From: a virus | DNA length: 64,000 bases | Direction: 5' to 3' (one strand) | IMG/VR virus record: IMGVR_UViG_3300044641_004856 | Span: 28,875-92,874 of that record | Shown here: positions 17,832 to 26,627 of the stretch, one piece after another | Position numbering within the stretch: position 1 is the first letter of the stretch | Layout: each line of letters begins with the position of its first letter | Made by a program: the position numbers and the translations under genes | The notes under the pieces: generated by a model | What the model was told of the DNA's origin: nothing | What the model saw: the letters and a program-made list of their open reading frames with translations, nothing else | Database searches by the model: none

Positions 17832-18017
17832 ATGGCGGAGAACCAAAGATTTTTAGCGTTTGTCCTTGATGGAGAAGTAGCAGAAATACTTCAGACCGAT
17901 GACAAACTTGCTGCTATTTTTCTAAGTCAACCAAAAGTAGTTGAATTTGATAGAGAAAAAGACGGTGTTGTTGCTGGTATGAAGTACGACGGCACGAAGT
18001 TTAGTAACCCTGAGTAA
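17832..18017 (+). CDS. Small tail-module protein (possible fibre chaperone)
   Basis: AFVLDGEVAEI...GMKYDGTKFSNP; AGGAG RBS. Confidence 0.5.
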   Translation: MAENQRFLAFVLDGEVAEILQTDDKLAAIFLSQPKVVEFDREKDGVVAGMKYDGTKFSNPE

Positions 18018-18019
18018 AA

Positions 18020-18457
18020 ATGCCTACATATAGAGAAGTATACGTTTGGAATGGGAACGCTTGGGACTCCCTTGCTATTGCCCTACCCGATTTAACTTCC
18101 TATGCCTCAAAAGTTGCTGACAATACCTTTTCAGGTGCTCAAACTTTTTCTGGAAGAATTACTCGAGAAGGACAAGTTCCTTACGCTATTGAAACAGGGA
18201 CAGTCAACCTCACTACAACAACTACTGGTGACCAATTAATTATTGGAACTAGAACTTTTGGAGTAGGGCGATTTACTTCAACACCTCTCGTATTTCTACA
18301 AGTTCGATACGGAACAACTGTTAAAAACGGTTATGCAACAGCAAAGGCAGTTAGTTCAACTCAGTTTGGTTACGAAGTAGTTATGAACGTTGCCATTACA
18401 GATTCACAAAGTCCTATAACACTATTTGTTGATTATCTCGCTATCCAGATGGTCTAG
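18020..18457 (+). CDS. Putative short tail fibre protein
   Basis: YVWNGNAW, NTFSGAQTF, C-terminal beta domain. Confidence 0.5.
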   Translation: MPTYREVYVWNGNAWDSLAIALPDLTSYASKVADNTFSGAQTFSGRITREGQVPYAIETGTVNLTTTTTGDQLIIGTRTFGVGRFTSTPLVFLQVRYGTTVKNGYATAKAVSSTQFGYEVVMNVAITDSQSPITLFVDYLAIQMV

Positions 18458-18468
18458 GAGGTGAACCA

Positions 18469-20661
18469 GTGGCAAAATATGCTGGTTCCATTTATCGTGG
18501 AGCGTATTATGGTAACTCTCCGCGTCTTGTTTACAATGTTACCCCCTTCCTTGCTTCTGCATTAACTTACGACAAAGTACAGTTATTTTGGCAATTACCT
18601 CAAGGAGATTTTTCTCAATTTAGGCTTGTTAGAAATAATACTAACTTTCCTGAAAGTGCTGAAGATGGAACAATCGTTTGGCAACAAGTTTCTGCCACAA
18701 ATATCAGTGGTCAAGTATCTAGAAACTCAATTATTGATGGTGAAGATAACGTTAGCGAAACTTATTACAAAGGCCTTATTCCTGGTCAATTTATTTACTA
18801 TACCGTATTTCTTTACACTTCAACCAAGGTTTGGGTTGCTGCGGGTTCTACCTACGTCCTGATACCTAAAAAGTTAAGCAGCACAGACACTTTGTACAAC
18901 ATGCTTCCTAGAATCTTTACTACTAAAGACGGAAGTCCTACAGGACCAATGGAAAAAGATACTTTTCTGTATAATTTCTTAGATTCTTTTGGGTTTACTT
19001 ACGACCAGATATTAACTTATGCCGACTTAATTAAACCTTCTTTTGGAGAGTCTAAACTTCCCCCTCAATTTTTAGGGTATAAGTTTTTAAGTTATGGTCT
19101 TTATTTAGAACGAGGATTAGCCTTTAAAAACCAAAAAAAGTTAGTTCGTGAATCGGCTAGACTTTTTGCATTAAAAGGAACTGAACTAGGCATCAATAAC
19201 TACATAGAGTCTTTAAGTGGCTATGCACCTGTTTTAGTAAAATCTCCTAACCTACTTTTAGATATGCAAGATGCCACTTTTAAAAATGGTTTTGGTCGTT
19301 GGATTGCAACGGCAGGAACTTTAACTGCGGATAACACACAGACTTTAGCAACGGGAACCAACGCTATTGACACAGTTTGGTCTGGAAAAGTAGTAACCAT
19401 TTTGCCAACAGTTACCTTTAAACAAAGGTTGAATGACGTGGCTCAGTTAACAACTAACGTAGCCCACGGTTTAGAAGTTGGTGATACCGTTACTGTTGCA
19501 GGTGTAGATGCTAACTACAACGGAACCTTTACTGTTACAACAGTTCCAACACCAACAACTTTTACTTATGCAAGTGTCAACGCTCCAATGATTCCAACTG
19601 CTGCAACAGGAACTGCTGCTGGGGGAACTGCTATCTCTCTAGGTCGAGATGCTCCTATTACTAAAGGAATTCCAGTTACACCTCAAACTGCTTATACGCT
19701 ATCTTTTTATGCAAAAACTGTTGCCAACGGAACTTTAACACCTGCTTTATACTGGTATGACGAACTAGGTAAAATAATTGGCTCTAGAGTTATGGGCACA
19801 GAACTCGGAACAATTGGTCAAGTTCAAAGAACAACTTTGGCTGCAACTTCACCAGCAGGTGCTGCTTATGCTGGAATTAGGATTTACTTAACCACTACAG
19901 GAACTTACTATATTGATATGGTTCAATTAGGAAAAACCATAGACATAACTAATTACGACGAACCACGTAGTATTGATGTATTTTTAGAGCCAAGGAAAGT
20001 AAATTTAATTAGTAACCCGTCTTTTGAAACAAACGGCAATTTATGGACTACTAACTCTTCAAAAACCCTGGTTGCAGATGTTCCAACGGGTGTTCCAGGA
20101 GCACAGTCTCTTCGACTTAGTGGAACAAACGCACTTTCTGTAACAACTACCTGTGCAACCTCTTCAACTTACACAATTTTTGATGACAATAACTATGTGT
20201 TTTCTATTTACCTAAAGGCAAGTGCCCCTTGCACTGTAAACATAACTTTAGGTGTTACTGATGAAACAGGGACAGATGCGGAAAGTGCTGTTCAAACTTG
20301 TAACTTAACCACTGATTGGCAAAGGTTTTACACTACTGTGTATATTCCAATTGACTTTTCACCCCAAAATACTATTACAATGACTGCAAGTGTTTCAGGA
20401 ACATTGACAGGGCAAACAGTTACATTAGACAACGCTCAGGTAGAACGTGGTTACCAACCATCAGAATATTTTGACGGTTCTATGCCGTCCGATTACGGTG
20501 TTGTATGGTCAGGAACTGCCCATGCTTCAAGGTCATTCTACTATACAGACAAAAACATTAAAATCCCTAGACTTCTTATAAGCCTTCCAGATTGGATTCC
20601 ACGGCATATTCCTTACCGTATCAGAAGTTACGCTGGTGTCGAAGGAAGTTACGCTCCATAG
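18469..20661 (+). CDS. Baseplate/tail protein (P2 gpI-like) with carbohydrate-binding-like domains
   Basis: LYNMLPRIF...LYNFLDSFG...KGTELGI (gpI-like); NLISNPSFE CBM-like region; AGGAGG RBS with GTG start. Confidence 0.7.
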   Translation: MAKYAGSIYRGAYYGNSPRLVYNVTPFLASALTYDKVQLFWQLPQGDFSQFRLVRNNTNFPESAEDGTIVWQQVSATNISGQVSRNSIIDGEDNVSETYYKGLIPGQFIYYTVFLYTSTKVWVAAGSTYVLIPKKLSSTDTLYNMLPRIFTTKDGSPTGPMEKDTFLYNFLDSFGFTYDQILTYADLIKPSFGESKLPPQFLGYKFLSYGLYLERGLAFKNQKKLVRESARLFALKGTELGINNYIESLSGYAPVLVKSPNLLLDMQDATFKNGFGRWIATAGTLTADNTQTLATGTNAIDTVWSGKVVTILPTVTFKQRLNDVAQLTTNVAHGLEVGDTVTVAGVDANYNGTFTVTTVPTPTTFTYASVNAPMIPTAATGTAAGGTAISLGRDAPITKGIPVTPQTAYTLSFYAKTVANGTLTPALYWYDELGKIIGSRVMGTELGTIGQVQRTTLAATSPAGAAYAGIRIYLTTTGTYYIDMVQLGKTIDITNYDEPRSIDVFLEPRKVNLISNPSFETNGNLWTTNSSKTLVADVPTGVPGAQSLRLSGTNALSVTTTCATSSTYTIFDDNNYVFSIYLKASAPCTVNITLGVTDETGTDAESAVQTCNLTTDWQRFYTTVYIPIDFSPQNTITMTASVSGTLTGQTVTLDNAQVERGYQPSEYFDGSMPSDYGVVWSGTAHASRSFYYTDKNIKIPRLLISLPDWIPRHIPYRIRSYAGVEGSYAP

Positions 20662-20684
20662 AAATTTAGGTCTAAGATACACCT

Positions 20685-20939
20685 ATGGACCTACTTATAG
20701 AACTACTTGTAATCTCTTTTGCTGTTGCATATTTTACTGAAGCAATTCAAGCCTTCTACGATTTAAAAAAACTACGTGGGTTTGTTGCCTTGCCATTTGC
20801 TGTTTTGTTTTGTTGGTTGTTTGGTTACCCATGGATAGAAACAGCACTGTTTGCTCCCGCTAGTTCTTTCTTAGCCTTAGCAATTACAATGTTTATTACT
20901 AAAGAAGAAGTAAGTGTTCAACCAATTCGACGATACTAG
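20685..20939 (+). CDS. Holin-like membrane protein
   Basis: 84 aa, about 3 hydrophobic segments, charged C-terminus, at the end of the tail module. Confidence 0.5.
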   Translation: MDLLIELLVISFAVAYFTEAIQAFYDLKKLRGFVALPFAVLFCWLFGYPWIETALFAPASSFLALAITMFITKEEVSVQPIRRY

Positions 20940-20948
20940 GAGTATAAA

Positions 20949-21416
20949 ATGACGCGATTATTAATTGTTGGTAGTGCTGATGACATAGATGTAACAGTTG
21001 GTTTGCGACAGTTGTTGGATAAAAGAGTCATTGCAGAGATTGTTCTTCCCTCTAGTGAACCAAATGAAACACAAGACCAAATCATCCTCACTGCTTCTGA
21101 AAAAGGCATTCCTGTTAGCACGGGAGGAGATTTAGATACGTTGATGGAAGTTTTTGTTGCGGATGATATTTTGGCAGTTGCATGGGATGAATCAGATGAG
21201 TGCTTTGAGGCTATTGAATGGGCACATGACAAAGGCTTAGATATATGGGACATTTCAAATGGCTTAAATATCGTTGATACACAGACAGAGGCTTTGGAAG
21301 AACACCTAGATGAAGTGCTTGCAGACTTTACTGAATCCTTGTCAGCATTGATTTACAAGATGGTGATGGACCAAATTAACGGCGATGGTAAGCACAAATA
21401 CCGTCGCTCTGAGTGA
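20949..21416 (+). CDS. Acidic hypothetical protein (alpha/beta fold)
   Basis: 155-aa ORF with GGGAG RBS. Confidence 0.6.
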   Translation: MTRLLIVGSADDIDVTVGLRQLLDKRVIAEIVLPSSEPNETQDQIILTASEKGIPVSTGGDLDTLMEVFVADDILAVAWDESDECFEAIEWAHDKGLDIWDISNGLNIVDTQTEALEEHLDEVLADFTESLSALIYKMVMDQINGDGKHKYRRSE

Positions 21417-22378
21417 GCCTTTCATCTCGGCTGCTCGACGCGAATTTAAGCCATTTTCAATTTCGTCTCTTCGTTACACTGTGGTCCTTAGCGACCTCTG
21501 ACGGGGTGGTAGAGCAGTCAATGGATACTCTCGGCTGCTCGACGCAGGCTAAATCTAGGAACACCGTCAGAGAGGCTATACGAGCCTTAGAGGACAAGGG
21601 GCTACTTGAAACACAACGCAAAAAGCGTGGGCGAGGGTTCTATTCTGGGAACACATACCAGTTGTTATGCCCTCTGTGGGAGGCATCAGTATGCCCTGCA
21701 GAGAGGGCATCTACAGATAGAGCAGATAGTAACTATGACTACCTAGTTAATAGACTATTAGTACCTAATAGTCATATTAGTCAAACTAGTTATGAAAATA
21801 TAAAAATACAAAAAGTAAGTGAGGAATCAATGAATAAAAGTTGGCGTGAAGAACAAGCCAAGGATGATTCCATTGGTGGTATTGGAAAGTTGGAGTCAGA
21901 GACACCGAGGACACCGCCGAGCAAGAAAGACACTAAGACACGAGGACTGCGACCAGAGGCAGAATGGACAAGTCGCGATGTAGCAGCAGAGTTTTCTTAC
22001 CTTGTTGGCAAGAAGTTTCCCTGGCTTCCAGGAACTGTCAACGTCGGTCACCTTGCAGGAGCACTCGCCAAGCAACGCAGCCAGTATCAGACGACAGCCC
22101 TGGTCGAACTAGAGTTGTTAAAGATGTTTATGGCTGACCAAAAGAACTTTATAGGTATCGGCAACGAGGCTCCTTATCTCTATAAGAAGTTTCTCCAGAT
22201 GTTTAGGACCCACCTGGTCAAGGCGCACAACAATCTTGGGATAGTCCTGCCGAATGTCGAGGGCGTGTCAGAAGAGATTAATACCGATGTCGTCTATGCT
22301 TCTGACGGAAGAACATTCGACAACACGATTGCAGGTCGGTCTGCGCTAGAAAGGTATGAGAAAAAGTTAAATGCCTAA
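21413..22378 (+). CDS. HTH-domain replication initiator-like protein
   Basis: N-terminal winged HTH (SRNTVREAIRALEDKGLL...NTYQL); near a DnaC-like loader; internal DNA repeats. Confidence 0.6.
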   Translation: MSLSSRLLDANLSHFQFRLFVTLWSLATSDGVVEQSMDTLGCSTQAKSRNTVREAIRALEDKGLLETQRKKRGRGFYSGNTYQLLCPLWEASVCPAERASTDRADSNYDYLVNRLLVPNSHISQTSYENIKIQKVSEESMNKSWREEQAKDDSIGGIGKLESETPRTPPSKKDTKTRGLRPEAEWTSRDVAAEFSYLVGKKFPWLPGTVNVGHLAGALAKQRSQYQTTALVELELLKMFMADQKNFIGIGNEAPYLYKKFLQMFRTHLVKAHNNLGIVLPNVEGVSEEINTDVVYASDGRTFDNTIAGRSALERYEKKLNA

Positions 22379-22541
22379 GTATGATTTTAAATGCGATACC
22401 TGCGAAGGCAGTCTTGTAGAAATGCACTTGACTTTTGAATCTACTGAGCGACCTAACTGTGACCGTTGTGGCAATGCGATGAGCAAAGTATTTACACCAC
22501 CTGCAGTTCAATTCAAAGGCGGAGGATGGGGAGGTCAGTAA
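22371..22541 (+). CDS. FmdB-family zinc-ribbon protein (56 aa)
   Basis: Manual translation MPKYDFKCDTCE...CDRCGNAMSKVFTPPAVQFKGGGW. Confidence 0.85.
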   Translation: MPKYDFKCDTCEGSLVEMHLTFESTERPNCDRCGNAMSKVFTPPAVQFKGGGWGGQ

Positions 22542-22705
22542 TGCAGTGTGTTGCTAAAACCGCTACAGGTAAACCTTGCAAAGTAGTTGGGGAAGAATCT
22601 CGAGGCGGTCTGTGTCATGTCCATGACCCAAATGGAAAGTATCAAGTGCAGCACCCTAAATTTGCAGAAGCAGTTAAAAGAATTCAGGAAAAGGAATTAA
22701 CATGA
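22541..22705 (+). CDS. Small Zn-binding hypothetical protein
   Basis: MQCVAKTATGKPC...LCHVH; TAATG coupling; GGAGG RBS. Confidence 0.6.
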   Translation: MQCVAKTATGKPCKVVGEESRGGLCHVHDPNGKYQVQHPKFAEAVKRIQEKELT

Positions 22706-22785
22706 ATCTTGCACTCATCATCGGAATCTTAATTGGTATTCCTATTGGAATGCTCATACATGCCTGGGTAGAAAACGATGGCTAA
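22702..22785 (+). CDS. 27-aa single-pass membrane microprotein
   Basis: MNLALIIGILIGIPIGMLIHAWVENDG; AAGGA RBS; ATGA overlap. Confidence 0.5.
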   Translation: MNLALIIGILIGIPIGMLIHAWVENDG

Positions 22786-22981
22786 AAAGAAAAAAGATTT
22801 ACCCGTTTTTGCTATTGTCACTATGCCCAAGTGGAAGTCTAAAATTTTAGATGTTATTGTCGGCATCTTGTTTCCAGGAGAGTTGTATTTTGTTTTAACA
22901 ATCCAAGAAACAGGTATGACTACAAACGGTAAAGGCAAATACACCGACGACAGAGGAGTATCAGTTGACTTATCAGATTGA
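22778..22981 (+). CDS. Hypothetical protein
   Basis: 67-aa ORF overlapping both neighbours. Confidence 0.5.
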   Translation: MAKKKKDLPVFAIVTMPKWKSKILDVIVGILFPGELYFVLTIQETGMTTNGKGKYTDDRGVSVDLSD

Positions 22982-23687
22982 ATCGTTATCTCCTTTCAAA
23001 CGACATTGGATACTCCGTAATTCAAATATCCCCCGACGTTTTCTTGGGTTAGAACCTTCTGACATGTTGTCTGAGTTTCCAGAAACAGTCGTTGATTGGC
23101 TGGACGAGATAGTAACGGGCAACGTTATTAAGCAGGTTGGTGGTCTTGGTTTAACAGGCGTTGGGTTACTTTTTGATGGAGGACCAGGACTTGGCAAAAC
23201 AACTCACGCAGTTGTAGCAGCCATGGAGTTTGTTAAGAATTTACCTGACGATGAAGACACTGCTAAAAAAGTTCTTGAATACAAGTCAGGCTCAGATTAC
23301 GGAATGTTATCTCGCCCTATTTATTACTTAACCTATCCTGAGTTTCTGTCTCGCAAAAAGGCTATGTTTGACGCAGATGCTGATGAAAAGCGTGAGATGA
23401 ACCGTGAAATGGAGGGGTTTCACGGACGTGCAAAAGAAGATTGGTTAAACGTTAGGTTGTTGATACTTGACGACTTAGGTAAGGAATACGGCTCTAACTA
23501 CGACAACACTTCTTTTGACGAGATTTTACGCAGTCGATACGACAGAGCATTGCCTACAATAGTAACTACCAACGAGATGCTGGAAAATTGGGGAGCCAAA
23601 TACAGCAACGCGATGGCGAGTTTTGCTAATGAGGCATTCCAAAGAGTTCGCCTAGTTAACAAAGACTTACGGAAGGCACGAGCATGA
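22965..23687 (+). CDS. DnaC/IstB-like AAA+ helicase loader
   Basis: IPRRF, Walker A GGPGLGKT, Walker B LLILDDLG, R.DRALPTIVTTN. Confidence 0.88.
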   Translation: MTYQIESLSPFKRHWILRNSNIPRRFLGLEPSDMLSEFPETVVDWLDEIVTGNVIKQVGGLGLTGVGLLFDGGPGLGKTTHAVVAAMEFVKNLPDDEDTAKKVLEYKSGSDYGMLSRPIYYLTYPEFLSRKKAMFDADADEKREMNREMEGFHGRAKEDWLNVRLLILDDLGKEYGSNYDNTSFDEILRSRYDRALPTIVTTNEMLENWGAKYSNAMASFANEAFQRVRLVNKDLRKARA

Positions 23688-23986
23688 AGAAAGGCTCAAA
23701 TTTGGAGACGTGGAGAACGGTCCAGTTATTTCTCTCGACTACGGGGGTGTACGAGGTACAACTACGCCCTGGTGATACGAATGCGAAATGTAACTGCCCT
23801 TCTTACCGAGTTAGAAGCAAATGTAAACACACCGAATTTATTCAACAGCGCATGCTAGAAAACTCTGGGCAGTACGCTATTTTAGTTCCTGAAGACGTGC
23901 CAGAAGATGAGGCTGCTAAAGCCAACGATTCTGCAGACGCGTTTAGAAATTTTATTTTAAAATACGCGAGAGTAGAAGTGTTGTGA
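23684..23986 (+). CDS. SWIM zinc-finger protein
   Basis: YEV...CNCPSY...CKH. Confidence 0.75.
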   Translation: MKKGSNLETWRTVQLFLSTTGVYEVQLRPGDTNAKCNCPSYRVRSKCKHTEFIQQRMLENSGQYAILVPEDVPEDEAAKANDSADAFRNFILKYARVEVL

Positions 23987-24399
23987 GAAATGGCGACATC
24001 TCTAATGAAACACCTTCGCGTTTAATTGTTCTTGCAGAAGTTGTTGCCCAAACTGAAGAAGTAAAAGAAAAGAAACTTTTTAAATCTTCTACATATCTTC
24101 GCATTAGTAACATAAATAAAGAAGCAGTTGCACAGTTATGGATTTTAACTAACAAATACGGTTTGTCCGTAGAACTTGCAGGTATTGAGGAAAGTGGTTT
24201 AGATAAATCTGACTTAGACCACATTATGGAAATTCTTGACAGGAGAGGAGGTAACCCGTTTAATTTTGCACAGATTTACATGACGACACAGGAGTTAGTA
24301 GATGACTTGCCCTATCGCGTAAATCTAAAAGGTGTGATAGACATTCCCCCTAGATTGGGAAGATATGGTTCTTGGGGTATTGAATTAAATCGTTTATGA
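23983..24399 (+). CDS. Hypothetical protein (possibly degenerate HAD fold)
   Basis: 138-aa ORF, GTGA overlap. Confidence 0.5.
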   Translation: MRNGDISNETPSRLIVLAEVVAQTEEVKEKKLFKSSTYLRISNINKEAVAQLWILTNKYGLSVELAGIEESGLDKSDLDHIMEILDRRGGNPFNFAQIYMTTQELVDDLPYRVNLKGVIDIPPRLGRYGSWGIELNRL

Positions 24400-24414
24400 G
24401 AGGAGAATAAATTC

Positions 24415-25668
24415 GTGGCAGCAGATAATGAACACAGACTAGTAAGTAAAGTAATTCGTGACCGCGACATTCTCCCAGTATTACAACGCGGAGTTACATT
24501 TGATTGGTTTTTAGATGACGACAATTCTCGCGTATGGAAATTTGTTGTAAAGCACTATGCAGAGTATTCAGAAGTTCCAACTGCTGTAACTGTTAAAGAC
24601 CATTATCCAACATACAAAATTTTAGATGTTCAAGATTCACTTGAGTTTTTAGTTGACCAAGCCGTAACGTTTAGAAGAAAACTTCTTGTAAGACAGGGTT
24701 TAGAAAACTCTGTTCAAAAATTAACAGAGAATGACCACGAAGGTGCTTTGGTTGCTATGGAAGCAGCCATTACTCGTGTTAACTCACAGGGTGTTCAGGG
24801 AACTAACGAACTTGATTTAACAAAAGATGCGGAAGCAAGATTTGCTGAGTATCAAGCATTAGCAAACCAAACAATGCTGGGAATTCCAACAGGCTTCGAC
24901 AAAATTGACGAGGCAACTGCTGGATTACAGGGTGGGCAGTTAGTGACAGTTATTGCTCCTCCTAAAACAGGTAAGTCACAAATAGCACTAGCAATAGCGA
25001 TACACGTGCATCGTGACGGCAAAGTGCCAATGTTCCAGTCTTTTGAAATGACTAACAGAGAACAACAACAACGGCATGACTCAATTCGTGCTCAAGTTTC
25101 TCATGGTCGTCTTCGTCGCGGAAAACTCTTTCAAGATGAAGAGACTCGTTATATTGATATGTTAAAAGGCATGGACGGAATGAAAGAATCGTTCCATCTT
25201 GTTGACGCTGTAAATGGGTTAACAGTTGCCTCTTTATCTGCCAAGATTTCAAAGTTACAGCCAGACATTGTGTTTGTTGATGGTGTTTATCTCATGATGG
25301 ATGAAATGACTGGTGAGATGAATACGCCACAATCTATTACAAACGTAACGCGAGCATTGAAACGTCTTGCTCAACGTCACGACATTCCAGTAGTTGTAAC
25401 TACTCAGACTTTGTTATGGAAGATGAAGGGCGGGAAGGTAACTGCAGACTCTATTGGTTACTCCTCATCATTCTTCCAAGACTCAGATGTCATCCTTGGT
25501 TTAGAACCCGTTCCAGATTACGACGATTTAAGAACTTTAAAGATTGTTGCAAGCCGTAACTGTGGTCCTAGTGAAACAAGTTTGACATGGAAGTGGGAGA
25601 CAGGGTGTTTCCACGAAGAATCAAAAAACTCAACTTGTGCTGTTTGTAAGAGAGGCTTAGTAATATGA
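24415..25668 (+). CDS. dnaB: DnaB-like replicative helicase
   Basis: GIPTGF, APPKTGKS, SFEM, IVFVDGVYLM, QDSDVIL. Confidence 0.92.
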   Translation: MAADNEHRLVSKVIRDRDILPVLQRGVTFDWFLDDDNSRVWKFVVKHYAEYSEVPTAVTVKDHYPTYKILDVQDSLEFLVDQAVTFRRKLLVRQGLENSVQKLTENDHEGALVAMEAAITRVNSQGVQGTNELDLTKDAEARFAEYQALANQTMLGIPTGFDKIDEATAGLQGGQLVTVIAPPKTGKSQIALAIAIHVHRDGKVPMFQSFEMTNREQQQRHDSIRAQVSHGRLRRGKLFQDEETRYIDMLKGMDGMKESFHLVDAVNGLTVASLSAKISKLQPDIVFVDGVYLMMDEMTGEMNTPQSITNVTRALKRLAQRHDIPVVVTTQTLLWKMKGGKVTADSIGYSSSFFQDSDVILGLEPVPDYDDLRTLKIVASRNCGPSETSLTWKWETGCFHEESKNSTCAVCKRGLVI

Positions 25669-26627
25669 CGGTTGTAGATGTTGTTAAAGTTTTGGATAAA
25701 TTAGGTGTATTTATCATAAGAGAACGTGGCGATGAAATGCTTGCTCATTGTCCTGGTCATGAAACTCGGACTGGACAAAAAGATGTTAACCCTTCTTGGT
25801 ACATCAACCAACGAACAGGTGCTCACATGTGTTTTTCTTGTGGATTCAAAGGAAACTTATTCTCTTTAGTTGGGGAAGTCCAAGGCTTCTACATTTCAGA
25901 GGACATTGATTACAGCGCAGTTAGTAAATGGATTGCACAGATTGAAAACATTACTCCACAAGAATTGGCTGCTCGTCTAAAAGAAGCACCGCAGTATGTA
26001 GCACCAAAACAAGAATTACCTATGGACGATTCACGATTGGCTTTATTTACAGAGCCTCCAGCATGGGCTTTAGAATCTAGAGGCTTAACAGCCGAAGCAT
26101 GTCGTAAGTATGAGGTGCTGTGGGCAAAAGAAGATACGTGGATACTTCCAATTAGAAACCCACATGACCACACTTTATGGGGTTGGCAAGAAAAGCATTC
26201 GAAGCAACGTTTGTTTAGAAATAGACCTCTAGGTGTTACAAAATCTCGCACATTATTTGGTGCACACGAAGTAACTCCAGAGCAATCAATTTTAGTTGAG
26301 TCACCTCTTGATGCTGTACGAATTGCTTCTGCAGGAGTAGTAGGGGGAGTGGCTGCCTTTGGAGCACAGGTAAGTGAGTCTCAACTTAAACTCCTACGGT
26401 ATTCCGATGTGGTCATTGTTGCGTTAGACAATCCAAAAGTCGACCCTGCTGGAAAAAAAGGTTGCGAAGCATTTTTACAAGGGGCTAAGAAGTTAGGCAT
26501 TACTGCTAAGTTCTTTAACTACGCTTCAACAGGTTTAAAGGATGTTGGCGATATGGCTAACGAACAAATTCTTTGGGGCATAGAGAATGCTATTGACATG
26601 ATTTATGGGGAGAAGGCGTATCTCTAA
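25665..26627 (+). CDS. DNA primase (Zn finger + Toprim)
   Basis: CPGH...PSW...CFSCG; Toprim VESPLDA and LDN; KDVGD. Confidence 0.9.
   Translation: MTVVDVVKVLDKLGVFIIRERGDEMLAHCPGHETRTGQKDVNPSWYINQRTGAHMCFSCGFKGNLFSLVGEVQGFYISEDIDYSAVSKWIAQIENITPQELAARLKEAPQYVAPKQELPMDDSRLALFTEPPAWALESRGLTAEACRKYEVLWAKEDTWILPIRNPHDHTLWGWQEKHSKQRLFRNRPLGVTKSRTLFGAHEVTPEQSILVESPLDAVRIASAGVVGGVAAFGAQVSESQLKLLRYSDVVIVALDNPKVDPAGKKGCEAFLQGAKKLGITAKFFNYASTGLKDVGDMANEQILWGIENAIDMIYGEKAYL

Noticed and set aside
16231-18457. Diversity-generating retroelement targeting the fibre genes
   Set aside because: No reverse transcriptase and no template/variable repeat pair was seen.
3666-20661. Extracellular contractile injection system (eCIS) or tailocin
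   Set aside because: Gene order resembles eCIS loci, but the tail genes sit in a genome with a full phage replisome, early genes and an integrase, so a myovirus is the simpler reading.
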